A stretch of DNA of 64,000 nt from Nitrospirota bacterium (GTDB lineage Bacteria; Nitrospirota; JACRHL01), in assembly GCA_029858285.1 (NCBI GenBank), contig JAOUFN010000010.1, forward strand, positions 9,776 to 73,775, written 5' to 3'. This document shows positions 30,121 to 38,965 of the stretch, one piece after another; positions within the stretch are counted from its first letter, which is position 1; the number at the start of each line of letters is the position of its first letter. The notes below the pieces were generated by a model. That model did not search any database. It saw only the letters and a list, made by a program, of their open reading frames with translations, and had not been told where the DNA came from. The translations under genes were made by a program, and so were the position numbers.

Positions 30121-30919
30121 TTTCCCCGAAACACGGCCTGCCGAAATGCCCTCGGAAGCCGGGCCGTCGCGGCGCATCCGCCTGACCCTCCAGTACGACG
30201 GCGGCGCCTATGCCGGGTGGCAGGAGCAGCCGGACGCGGTGTCGATCCAGTCCACCCTGCAGGGGATTCTGGCGCGCATGGAAAAGCGCCCCGTGGCGCT
30301 GGTGGCCGCAGGACGCACCGACGCCGGGGTCCACGCCCTGGGGCAGGTGGCCCATTTCGACACCGCCACCGGATACCCGGCGGACACCTTCCTGCGCGCC
30401 CTGAACGCCCAGCTTCCCCCCGACATTGCGGTGGTGGCGGCGGACGATGTGGCCGGGGATTTCCACGCCCGCCATTCGGCGCAGGGCAAGCACTACCGCT
30501 ACCGGGTGCTGAACCGCCCGGCGCCGTGTCCGTTCCGTCGCCGCTACGCCTGGTACGTGCCGCGGGAACTGGATGTGGAGGCCATGGGCGAGGGGGCCGG
30601 ACGGCTGCTGGGGGAGCACGATTTTTCCAGCTTTCGGGCCTCCGGCTGCGGCGCCGCTCACCCCCGGCGCACCCTCACCCGCCTGGACGTGAGCCGGGTG
30701 GACGATGAGGTGGTGTTCGACGTGGAAGGCCCGGCCTTCCTCAAGCAGATGGTGCGCAATCTGGTGGGCACGTTGATGGTGGTGGGGCGGGGCCGGCACT
30801 CGCCGGACTGGGTGGGTAACGTGCTGGCCGCCCGCGACCGCACCGTGGCCGGAGAGACGGCCCCGGCCTGGGGTTTGACCCTGGTGCGGGTGTTCTATGC
30901 GCAGTCGCCCGTCCGATAG
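30110..30919 (+). CDS. truA: tRNA pseudouridine(38-40) synthase
   Basis: YDGGAYAGWQ, AGRTDAGVHA, HDFSSF, FLKQMVR. Confidence 0.96.
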   Translation: MADSFPETRPAEMPSEAGPSRRIRLTLQYDGGAYAGWQEQPDAVSIQSTLQGILARMEKRPVALVAAGRTDAGVHALGQVAHFDTATGYPADTFLRALNAQLPPDIAVVAADDVAGDFHARHSAQGKHYRYRVLNRPAPCPFRRRYAWYVPRELDVEAMGEGAGRLLGEHDFSSFRASGCGAAHPRRTLTRLDVSRVDDEVVFDVEGPAFLKQMVRNLVGTLMVVGRGRHSPDWVGNVLAARDRTVAGETAPAWGLTLVRVFYAQSPVR

Positions 30920-30946
30920 CCGGGCGCCTTCGCCGCGCCGGGGTGT

Positions 30947-33052
30947 TTAACGATTCAGCAGGTAGTAATCGTGATCGCCGTCGCGGGCTGAACGGAACAG
31001 GATGTGCAGCCCGGTGTCGTCCAACTGCGGGCTGGAGATGGTGCCGTCTGCCGTCACCCGGGTGAGGGCGCGACCGTCCGGTTCCACCGTGAACAGGTCG
31101 GTGCCGCCGGCGGTGTCGGTGGTGTTGGCCACAAAGGCCGCCACCATGCCGTTTCCGGCGATCACCGGTTCCCTGGCGATCAACTGGGTGCCGGAAAGCA
31201 GCACGTCGGCGACCACGGGGGGGCCTGTGGGTGGAACCGTCAGCCGCCAGATTTCGTGCAGCCCGCGCCGCACCACCACCTGGGTGCCGAATGGATCAAT
31301 TTGCAACTCGTCGTCGTCCAGCGTGTTGAAGGTAAGCTGATCGGGAGCGCCCTGGCTGCCGTCAGTGCGCAACCGGAACACCTCCAGGTCGCCATCCGCG
31401 TCGCGGGCCAGATAGAACACCTGGGAGCCGTCCGATGTGAGCCGGGGAGAAAAGCGGAACCCGAGGCCGGTAGTAAGGGTGCGGGGGGGGCCGGCGACGA
31501 AGCCTGTTCCCGAATCCACCAGATCCACCGCCACCAGGTGGGTGGTGGTTTTCGGGTCCAGAGCCGAAAGGTACACCGCCGTGCAGGCCCACCCCGCGGC
31601 ACACTCCACCACCGGCTGGCTTTCGTGTGTGGTGTTGCTGGAAATCCACAGGGGGGCGGTGGGCTGGGACACCGGCACCGCGACAATATCAAAATCCGCG
31701 CCACCCTCCCCGGTTCCAGCCAGGGCCAGGTTGACGTCGGTGGCGAACACCGCCATGGTGCCATCCCCGGAAATGAACGGGTTGGATTCCACGGTGTGGA
31801 GGATGCTCGTGGGTTGCTGGGGAACTCCTGGCGGGTAGAGGGGGGTGGGTATCCCCACCGGGCCGACAGCGCTGAACCGCTGCAACTCCACATTGGTGGA
31901 GTTGAGATTTTTCGCGGCGTCGCGCACCACGGAGGTGTAGATCAGCAGGTTGCGGTCCCGGGTCATGTGCCCTTCAGAGTCCGGGACGGTGTTGTTGGTA
32001 ATCTGCACCGGTGCTGTGGTGGCAATAAAGGTGGTGTAATCGGGTGGACCCTGCTGCTTGCCGTCGGTCACCACCAGCTTGAGGCGGTACACGCCGTCCA
32101 CATCCGGCTGGAAAGTGAACGCGGCGCCCGCAGACGGGGTGCGGAGGACCATCGAGGCGGCGGGGGCCGAATCCACGCTCCACTGGAAGGTCAGTGGATC
32201 GCCGTCGGCGTCCTCGCCCTTGCCGACCACGTTCAGGGAGGCGCCGGTTTCCGTGCGATAGTCCACCCCCGCGAGCGCCAGGGGTCGGTGGTTCTCCGGC
32301 GGACTGCCGATCTCCACCAGCTTGCGCTGGGCGGGCTCGTAGTCCCGTGCCGCCTCCAGCGCCAGGACTGCCACCTCCAGCACGGTGGCACCCCCCACCG
32401 GTTTGGCCGCCGCCACCACTTCGTCGGTAATTGCGGCCATCTCCGCGGGGGTGATCCGCTTCCACTGGAGCGGCTCGTTGTCTTCCACCAGCAGGCGCAC
32501 GGCGGCCTCGGTGGCAGGATCAATGTCGCGGTCGGTAGGGGTGTTGGTCAAATCGTCCACCAGACGCCGCATCAGGGTGCCGACGGCTTCCGAACCTACC
32601 GCCACCACCCACGGATAGTCCGGGTGGTACAGGCTCCAGCTTGGCAGCATCACGGTGTAACGGCCGTTGCCGTCGGTGGTGGTGGTGGACAGCACCGGGC
32701 CGAACTGTTTTCCGCTGGCGTCGATGGCGAACACGCGCACCTCGACCCCGGCCCCCACGGCGGTCATTCCCGACAGCGCCCAGGCCTCGGGAAACAGGGC
32801 GGAAGACAACTGCGAGGAGACCTTCGCCACCAGTGTCGGCTTGACCAGGACGACGCCTGCGGGCACCTTGACCACGCCGGAATAGGGGGTGGGGGTGGCC
32901 AGATTGTTGTCGCCCCCCGGACCGCAGCCGAGCAGCAGCACCGGCAGCAACGCCGCCAGCAGCGCGAACAGCGGGGAGAACCCCGACGCGGGGCGCCGGG
33001 TTGGCAGCCGGGGCGCGCGGAAAGGGGCGGCGATGGGGGACGAGCGGAACAT
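30947..33052 (-). CDS. Large surface lipoprotein with Ig/PKD-like domain and TolB-like beta-propeller
   Basis: Lipobox LLGC; TTTTDGNGRY; DADGDPLTFQW..FQPDVDGVYRLKLVVTDG; repeated P.(I/L)..DG..(A/V).F blades. Confidence 0.75.
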   Translation of the reverse strand: MFRSSPIAAPFRAPRLPTRRPASGFSPLFALLAALLPVLLLGCGPGGDNNLATPTPYSGVVKVPAGVVLVKPTLVAKVSSQLSSALFPEAWALSGMTAVGAGVEVRVFAIDASGKQFGPVLSTTTTDGNGRYTVMLPSWSLYHPDYPWVVAVGSEAVGTLMRRLVDDLTNTPTDRDIDPATEAAVRLLVEDNEPLQWKRITPAEMAAITDEVVAAAKPVGGATVLEVAVLALEAARDYEPAQRKLVEIGSPPENHRPLALAGVDYRTETGASLNVVGKGEDADGDPLTFQWSVDSAPAASMVLRTPSAGAAFTFQPDVDGVYRLKLVVTDGKQQGPPDYTTFIATTAPVQITNNTVPDSEGHMTRDRNLLIYTSVVRDAAKNLNSTNVELQRFSAVGPVGIPTPLYPPGVPQQPTSILHTVESNPFISGDGTMAVFATDVNLALAGTGEGGADFDIVAVPVSQPTAPLWISSNTTHESQPVVECAAGWACTAVYLSALDPKTTTHLVAVDLVDSGTGFVAGPPRTLTTGLGFRFSPRLTSDGSQVFYLARDADGDLEVFRLRTDGSQGAPDQLTFNTLDDDELQIDPFGTQVVVRRGLHEIWRLTVPPTGPPVVADVLLSGTQLIAREPVIAGNGMVAAFVANTTDTAGGTDLFTVEPDGRALTRVTADGTISSPQLDDTGLHILFRSARDGDHDYYLLNR

Positions 33053-33361
33053 ATCTGCCCGAAATGATATGCAAAAACAGTGCAAATCACACCGGTTCGA
33101 CGCAAAAATCCCTGTCTCCAGGGTCGGGAAGGGGGGCGGACGGTGTCTCCGCTCCATCGGGATGGGGCACCGGAACGGCTTGCGGAGTAGCTTGCGGGGT
33201 GGCTTGTGAACAACGGCGGTCACCTCCGCACGCGGCCCTGCGGGGCGATGGTATTTGTCAGACGGGGCCGGGTCTGGGATAATTAACCCCATTCCGCCAG
33301 CTTTTCGCGCCGTCCGTGCTGTGTCCGGGCGGCCAGACCTGTACTCCGGGGGTGCTCAAAT

Positions 33362-34327
33362 ATGGAAACCGTTTCCTTCGTCCAGTTCTCCCGGCGCCTG
33401 TCCACCATGGGGGTCACCCTGCGCCGCGAGCACCTGGAAACCCTGCAGGTGAACCTGGGCAAGGTCTGCAACCAGACGTGCACGCACTGCCATGTGGGGG
33501 CGGGCCCCAACCGCACCGAGGCCATGTCCCTGGAAACCGTGGACCATGTGCTGGATTTTCTGGCCGACTCCGCCGCCCGCACCCTCGACATCACCGGCGG
33601 CGCGCCGGAACTGAACCCCCACTTTCGCTATCTGGTGGAGGCGGCGCGCAAGCTGAACCGCAAGGTGATGGTGCGCACCAACCTGACGGTGATATTCGAG
33701 CAGGGACAGGGTTTTTTGCCGGGCTTTTTTCGCGAAAACAAGGTGGAACTGGTGGCCTCCCTGCCGTGCTACGAGGCCGAAAACGTGGACAGCCAGCGCG
33801 GCAGGGGGGTGTTTGAAAAGAGCATTCAGGCCCTCAAAAAGCTCAATGAACAGGGCTATGGCGACCACCCGGAGTTGATCCTGAACCTGGCCTATAACCC
33901 TCCGGGCACGGCGCTGCCCGGCCCTCAGGCGGAGCTGGAGGCGGATTACCGCAAGGAACTGGAGGAACGGCACGGCATCGTGTTCAACCGCCTGTTCACC
34001 CTTGCCAACATGCCGATCGCGCGCTTTGCCGATTTTCTGGGCAGGAACGGCGAGACCGACAGCTACATGTGTCGGCTGGCGGAGGCGTTCAACCCGGCCA
34101 CCCTTGCCAATCTGATGTGTACCCGGTTGGTGAGCGTGGACCATCAGGGGTTTTTGTACGACTGCGACTTCAACCAGATGCTGCGCATGCGCATTGGCGG
34201 CGCGCGCCCCCTGCACATCAAGGATGCCAACGACGCCGACGTGCTGAACCGCCGCGTGCAGGTGATGGATCACTGCTACGGTTGTACCGCCGGGGCCGGA
34301 TCGTCCTGCGGCGGCGCGCTGGTTTGA
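33362..34327 (+). CDS. Radical SAM / Cys-rich (ArsS-like, DUF3641) protein
   Basis: LQVNLGKVCNQTCTHCHV, DITGGAPE, ASLPCY, YDCDFNQ, HCYGCTAGAGSSCGGAL. Confidence 0.9.
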   Translation: METVSFVQFSRRLSTMGVTLRREHLETLQVNLGKVCNQTCTHCHVGAGPNRTEAMSLETVDHVLDFLADSAARTLDITGGAPELNPHFRYLVEAARKLNRKVMVRTNLTVIFEQGQGFLPGFFRENKVELVASLPCYEAENVDSQRGRGVFEKSIQALKKLNEQGYGDHPELILNLAYNPPGTALPGPQAELEADYRKELEERHGIVFNRLFTLANMPIARFADFLGRNGETDSYMCRLAEAFNPATLANLMCTRLVSVDHQGFLYDCDFNQMLRMRIGGARPLHIKDANDADVLNRRVQVMDHCYGCTAGAGSSCGGALV

Positions 34328-34356
34328 CGCGGGCGCCCGCCTGATTCCGGCGCGGG

Positions 34357-35193
34357 CTACTCCGGGTCTTCTGCCCGCCCTTTTTCTGCCCGCCCTGTTC
34401 CCGCCAGTTTTTTGGCCGCCAATTTCTTTTTTTCCCCCTTCGGTCCACCCTTGCGGGCCGCGGCCCTGACCATTTTTTCCTCGCGGCGGGCGGCCTGCCG
34501 GTGGTGGCGCGTCCACCCTTCGATCACCACGGTGAACTCCCCCAATATTTTGCTGCGCTCCCCGAGGCGCGCCGCGATCTCTGCCGCCGTGCCGCGCACG
34601 ATCTCCTCGTGCTGCTTGGTCATCTCGCGCAGCACCGCCACCTGACGCTCCCCCAGCACGGCGGCGATGTCTTCGAGGGTCTTCAAAATGCGGTGCGGGG
34701 CCTCGAACAGCACCAGGGTGCAGGGGTGTTCGCGAAACGCCTCCAGGCGGTTACGGCGCGCGCCGGAGCGGGGCGCCAGGTAGCCCAGAAAGGTGTAGCA
34801 GTCGGTGGCCAGCCCCGCCACCGACAGGGCCGCCACCGGTGCGGAAGGCCCCGGCACCGGCGTCACCGTGATACCGGCCCGGTGCGCCTCACCCACCAGA
34901 AAGAAGCCCGGATCGGAGATCAGCGGCGTGCCCGCGTCGGTCACCAGCGCCACGTTTTTGCCCGCCAGCAGACGCTCGATCAGCACCGGCGCCTTCATGT
35001 CCTTGTTGTGATCGTGATAGCTGGTGAGCTGGGCGTGGATGCCGTGGTGGGTGAGCAGTTTTTGCGTGTGTCGGGTGTCCTCCGCCGCCACGACGTCCAC
35101 CGCCTTGAGCACCGCCAGGGCGCGCAGGGTGATGTCCTCCAGATGGCCGATGGGGGTGGCCACCACATACAGAATGCCCCGGGTGTCGCGCAT
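34357..35193 (-). CDS. rsmI: 16S rRNA C1402 2'-O-methyltransferase
   Basis: LYVVATPIG, AEDTR, DAGTPLISDPG, FEAPHR, REMTK.HEE; Lys-rich tail. Confidence 0.96.
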   Translation of the reverse strand: MRDTRGILYVVATPIGHLEDITLRALAVLKAVDVVAAEDTRHTQKLLTHHGIHAQLTSYHDHNKDMKAPVLIERLLAGKNVALVTDAGTPLISDPGFFLVGEAHRAGITVTPVPGPSAPVAALSVAGLATDCYTFLGYLAPRSGARRNRLEAFREHPCTLVLFEAPHRILKTLEDIAAVLGERQVAVLREMTKQHEEIVRGTAAEIAARLGERSKILGEFTVVIEGWTRHHRQAARREEKMVRAAARKGGPKGEKKKLAAKKLAGTGRAEKGRAEDPE

Positions 35194-35339
35194 GGCCGCA
35201 CATGGTACCACCGGCGGGGCCGCAATCGGGTGGTGCGCGCTGTTGCGGATGGGAAAAATGACCGAAAGGGGGCGGGAAGGCGCCGGAAAACGGTCGCCCT
35301 CCTCCGGTGGCGCACGGGTCCTCCGCACGTTTGCTGCGA

Positions 35340-35368
35340 TTGACACGGCCCTGGCCACCAGTTAGGGT
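35340..35368 (+). promoter_or_regulatory. Putative sigma70 promoter of the cus-type operon
   Basis: TTGACA-17 nt-TAGGGT, 16 nt before ATG 35385. Confidence 0.45.
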
Positions 35369-35384
35369 GATAGGCAGAGATTTC

Positions 35385-35870
35385 ATGTTGCGTCTGTGGC
35401 CCAAAAAACTCCCCCTCCGTCCGTTGTCTGGTCGGTTGCTGCTGGTGATCGCACTGGTGGTGGGGCATTGCTGCATGGTGACACTGCCGTCCCACGCTGT
35501 GGCGGGCGTGGCGCAGGGGGACATGGCGCAAGGGGACACGGCAATGGCCTCCGGGGCGATGCCTTCCGGGCATGCCGGACACGGGCGCGCCGCCGCGCCG
35601 CTGGCCCACATCCCGCAGCACCAGACGGTGTCCGCGCCGCCCATGGCCCCGTGTGGAACCGCCCCCTATCTGGCCGCCGAACGCGCCCCCCTGTCTCCCA
35701 AGTGGTTGGCTGGCGGCGTTTTCGCCCCCTCTCCCTTGGCGCTGGCCGCCGTACTGGCGGCGGAGTGGCCCCTCACCCCCCACGGCAAAACCGCCACGGG
35801 CTGGCGGGGAGGAGTCTCCGAGGCTCCTCCGGGCCACTCCCGCGCCCACCTGCAAATCTTCCGCATTTGA
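35385..35870 (+). CDS. Small His/Met/Cys-rich protein with signal-like N-terminus (CopL/DUF2946-like architecture)
   Basis: Basic plus hydrophobic N-terminus, HCCM, MASGAMPSGHAGH, C-terminal EAPP...LQIFRI; first ORF before the TolC gene. Confidence 0.6.
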   Translation: MLRLWPKKLPLRPLSGRLLLVIALVVGHCCMVTLPSHAVAGVAQGDMAQGDTAMASGAMPSGHAGHGRAAAPLAHIPQHQTVSAPPMAPCGTAPYLAAERAPLSPKWLAGGVFAPSPLALAAVLAAEWPLTPHGKTATGWRGGVSEAPPGHSRAHLQIFRI

Positions 35871-36011
35871 TTCCTCACGCCCCGGGGCGGAGGTCCGCAC
35901 CCGGTGATGTTCTGGCGGGGTGGCCGTGTGCGGCCGCCCCCGTGGTGTGACGTCCGCCGCGGCCAGTTTTTCGAAACAGGGCCGCGGCGGCTGAAGGTGA
36001 GGAGGTGGGGA

Positions 36012-37451
36012 ATGCACTGTCTTCCCCCGACATGCCCACGGCCCCCCGTGGGACGATTCCTGGTGCTGCTTCTGGCTCTGGCCCCCGTCTGGTGTCTGTT
36101 CCCGGTGGCCCCAGCAGGCGCCGCAGCCCTTGACGTGGAAACGGCGGTGGCCGAGGCGCTGGCCCATAATCCGGGCTTGCTGGCCCGCGAGGCTGCCGCC
36201 GGGGCCATGGCGGAGGTTCCCTCCCGGGCCGGGGCGCTGCCCGACCCCATGCTGATGCTGGGGGTGATGTCGGTGCCCGCCGACAACCCTTCCCTGACCC
36301 GTGAATCCATGACCCAGGTGGGCATCGGCTTCACCCAGATGCTGCCGTTTCCCGGAAAACGCGGCCTGATGCGCCAGGCCGCCGGCGCCGGGGCGCTGGC
36401 CGCCGGGGAAGGGGTGGCCGAGGCGCGGCTGGAACTGATCGCCCGTGTGCAGCAGGCATGGTGGCGGCTGCTGAGTCTTGATCGGGGGCTGGACATCGTG
36501 CGCCAGACCCAGGTGTTGATGGGGCAGTTCGTGGACATAGCGCAAACCCGTTACAAGGTGGGCAAGGGGCTGCAACAGGATGTGCTGCTGGCCCAGGTGG
36601 AATACTCAAAGTTGATCGACGCCGAACTGGGGCTGGAGCGGGACCGCATCGGCGTGCAATCCGAACTCAATGCGCTCATGGGCCGCCCCGTGGAGCAGTT
36701 GCTGCAGATGCCCCAGACGGTGGATGAGCAGTTGGGCCGCACCCCGGTGCCGGCCTGGCTGATGGCGCTGGCGGAATCCGCCCGCCCCCGGCTGGCCGAG
36801 ACCCGGCAGCGGGTGGGAGCGGCGCAGGCGATGCTGGCGCTGGCGCGGCGCGACCACCTGCCGGACATCACCGTCAGCGGCACCTACGAATGGCGGCCGG
36901 GCGTGGATGCCACGGGCATGGACCGCCCGGACAGCGTCTCCTTGACCCTCGGCGTGCCACTGCCGGTGCATTACGGCGCCCGCCAGCGGCGGCTGGTGTC
37001 GGAACGCCGCCACGAACTGGACGCCGCCACCCGCGAACTGGAGGCGGCGCGCCTCGAGGTGCAGAACGAGATCAACCGGCTGGCCGCCGAGTACGACACC
37101 GGTCGCCGCCAGGTGGAGTTGTTGCGCGGCGGCATCATCCCTCAGGCGGCGCAGACCGTGGCCTCCATGGCCTCCGGCTATCAGGTGAACAAGGTGGATT
37201 TTTTGAATCTGGTGGGCGCCCAGGTGACCCTGCTGGAATACCAGATCCGCTACTGGAACATCCTTGCCGACACCCGCGTGGCGTGGGTGAAGCTGAACAG
37301 CGCGGTGGGGGCCGAGGTGGGGATGGGCGTTCAGGAATTCCCCGCCCTGCCCGCGCCCTTCGTGCCCGCCATGCCGGTACGGCCCGAATCGCCCGCGCCG
37401 CCCTCCGGGGCCGAATCAAATCATCACAATCATCCCGGTGGGGAGCAATAA
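36012..37451 (+). CDS. TolC-family outer membrane efflux protein (CusC-like)
   Basis: ALPDPML, QMLPFPGKR, OEP helical repeats, His-rich tail; GGAGG RBS. Confidence 0.9.
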   Translation: MHCLPPTCPRPPVGRFLVLLLALAPVWCLFPVAPAGAAALDVETAVAEALAHNPGLLAREAAAGAMAEVPSRAGALPDPMLMLGVMSVPADNPSLTRESMTQVGIGFTQMLPFPGKRGLMRQAAGAGALAAGEGVAEARLELIARVQQAWWRLLSLDRGLDIVRQTQVLMGQFVDIAQTRYKVGKGLQQDVLLAQVEYSKLIDAELGLERDRIGVQSELNALMGRPVEQLLQMPQTVDEQLGRTPVPAWLMALAESARPRLAETRQRVGAAQAMLALARRDHLPDITVSGTYEWRPGVDATGMDRPDSVSLTLGVPLPVHYGARQRRLVSERRHELDAATRELEAARLEVQNEINRLAAEYDTGRRQVELLRGGIIPQAAQTVASMASGYQVNKVDFLNLVGAQVTLLEYQIRYWNILADTRVAWVKLNSAVGAEVGMGVQEFPALPAPFVPAMPVRPESPAPPSGAESNHHNHPGGEQ

Positions 37452-37456
37452 GCGTC

Positions 37457-38956
37457 ATGAACGCCAGAATTCGCATTGTATTGGGCCTTGTGGCCATGCT
37501 CGCTGTGGGACTGGTCGCCGGATACCTGATGGCCCCGGGTGAGCGTCAGGGTGCGAGCCCCGACCTCGAAGAGCGCCGCCCCCTGTTCTACCGCAATCCC
37601 ATGAACCCGGCGGTGACCTCGCCGATTCCGGCCAAGGACGAGATGGGCATGGATTACGTTCCGGTCTACCGGGAGGAGGGGAGTGGTCAGGGGTCGGACG
37701 GCCCCGGATCGCCGTCCGGCACCGTGCGCATCGACCCCGCCACCGCGCAGAGCATCGGCGTGCGCACGGCGGTGGTGGAGCGGCGCACCCTCACCCGGGT
37801 GATCCACACCTCGGGGCGGGTGGACTACGACGAGGAACGTCTGGCGCGCCTGCACCCCAAGACCGAAGGATGGATCGAAAAGCTTTTTATCGACGCCACC
37901 GGCCAACCGGTGCAGCAGGGCACCATCCTGCTGTCCATCTACTCCCCGGATCTGGTGCAGAGCCAGGAGGAGTACCTTTTGGCCTACCAGAACATGAAGG
38001 CGGTGAGCGACAGCCCCTTCGAGCACATCCGCAAGGGCGCGGTGGATTTACTGGAGTCGTCCCACCAGCGCCTGCACATGCTGGACGTGCCGGAACACCA
38101 GATTCACGAACTGGAAACCACCCGGCAGGTGCGCAAGAGCCTGCACATCCATTCCCCCTTCGACGGCGTGGTGGTGGCGGTTGGGGCGCGCCAGGGCCAG
38201 TACGTGACGCCGGAAACCGAGCTCTATTCCATCGCCGACCTGTCGGAGGTGTGGGTCTATGTGGACGTGTTCGATGCCGAACTGCCCTGGGTGAACGCCG
38301 GGGACCACGCGGAGATGACCCTCAAGGGGGTGCCCGGCCGCACCTTCGGCGGCCTGATCCGCTACGTCTACCCCTATGCCGAAAAGGAGACGCGCACGGT
38401 CAAGGTGCGGCTGGAATTCGCCAATCCCGGCGGCCTGCTCAAGCCGGAGACGTTTGCCGACGTGACCATCCACGCCGGGCGGCTGGTCAACGCCCTGGTA
38501 ATTCCCACCGAGGCGGTGCTGCGCTCCGGTGCCCGCGATCATGTTTTTGTGGTGCGCGGGGAGGGGCGTTTTGAACCCCGTGAGGTGACACTGGGGATGG
38601 CCTCCGACAATCTGGTGCAGGTGCTCAAGGGGCTGAAACAGGGCGACGTGGTGGTGACCTCCGCCCAGTTCCTGATTGATTCCGAATCCAAGTTGCGCGA
38701 GGCCACCGCCAAGATGATGGAGGTCGGCGACGGGCAGGCGGCGCCGGAAGCGCCGGCACCGACGCCACCTGCCAGGTCGGCTCCGGCCAGAAAAAAGGCC
38801 CCGCCCGCGCCCCACCCGGCCCCGGCCACTCCCGCCGTACCCGGCCACGACATGCCCGGCATGGACATGGCCCCCACGCCCGGCCACGACATGCCCGGCA
38901 TGGACATGGCCCCCACGCCCGGCCACGACATGCCCGGCATGGACATGGGCAAATAG
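37457..38956 (+). CDS. cusB: Heavy-metal RND periplasmic adaptor (CusB-like)
   Basis: YRNPMNP...KDEMGMDYVPVY metal-binding domain, EGWIEKL, YSPDL, SAQFLIDSES. Confidence 0.9.
   Translation: MNARIRIVLGLVAMLAVGLVAGYLMAPGERQGASPDLEERRPLFYRNPMNPAVTSPIPAKDEMGMDYVPVYREEGSGQGSDGPGSPSGTVRIDPATAQSIGVRTAVVERRTLTRVIHTSGRVDYDEERLARLHPKTEGWIEKLFIDATGQPVQQGTILLSIYSPDLVQSQEEYLLAYQNMKAVSDSPFEHIRKGAVDLLESSHQRLHMLDVPEHQIHELETTRQVRKSLHIHSPFDGVVVAVGARQGQYVTPETELYSIADLSEVWVYVDVFDAELPWVNAGDHAEMTLKGVPGRTFGGLIRYVYPYAEKETRTVKVRLEFANPGGLLKPETFADVTIHAGRLVNALVIPTEAVLRSGARDHVFVVRGEGRFEPREVTLGMASDNLVQVLKGLKQGDVVVTSAQFLIDSESKLREATAKMMEVGDGQAAPEAPAPTPPARSAPARKKAPPAPHPAPATPAVPGHDMPGMDMAPTPGHDMPGMDMAPTPGHDMPGMDMGK
38840..38948 (+). 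repeat. 39-bp tandem repeat x2.8 encoding PGHDMPGMDMAPT
   Basis: Identical units starting at 38840, 38879 and 38918 (last one partial). Confidence 0.95.
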
Positions 38957-38965
38957 GGGGGCGCC

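Noticed and set aside
33069-33085. Sigma54-like TTGCAC-N5-TTGCA upstream of the lipoprotein gene (minus strand)
   Set aside because: The normally invariant GG at -24 is TG, so it is too weak to call.
26536-34327. Selenocysteine recoding in MsrA, MsrB or the ArsS-like protein
   Set aside because: All relevant positions are Cys codons, with no in-frame TGA.
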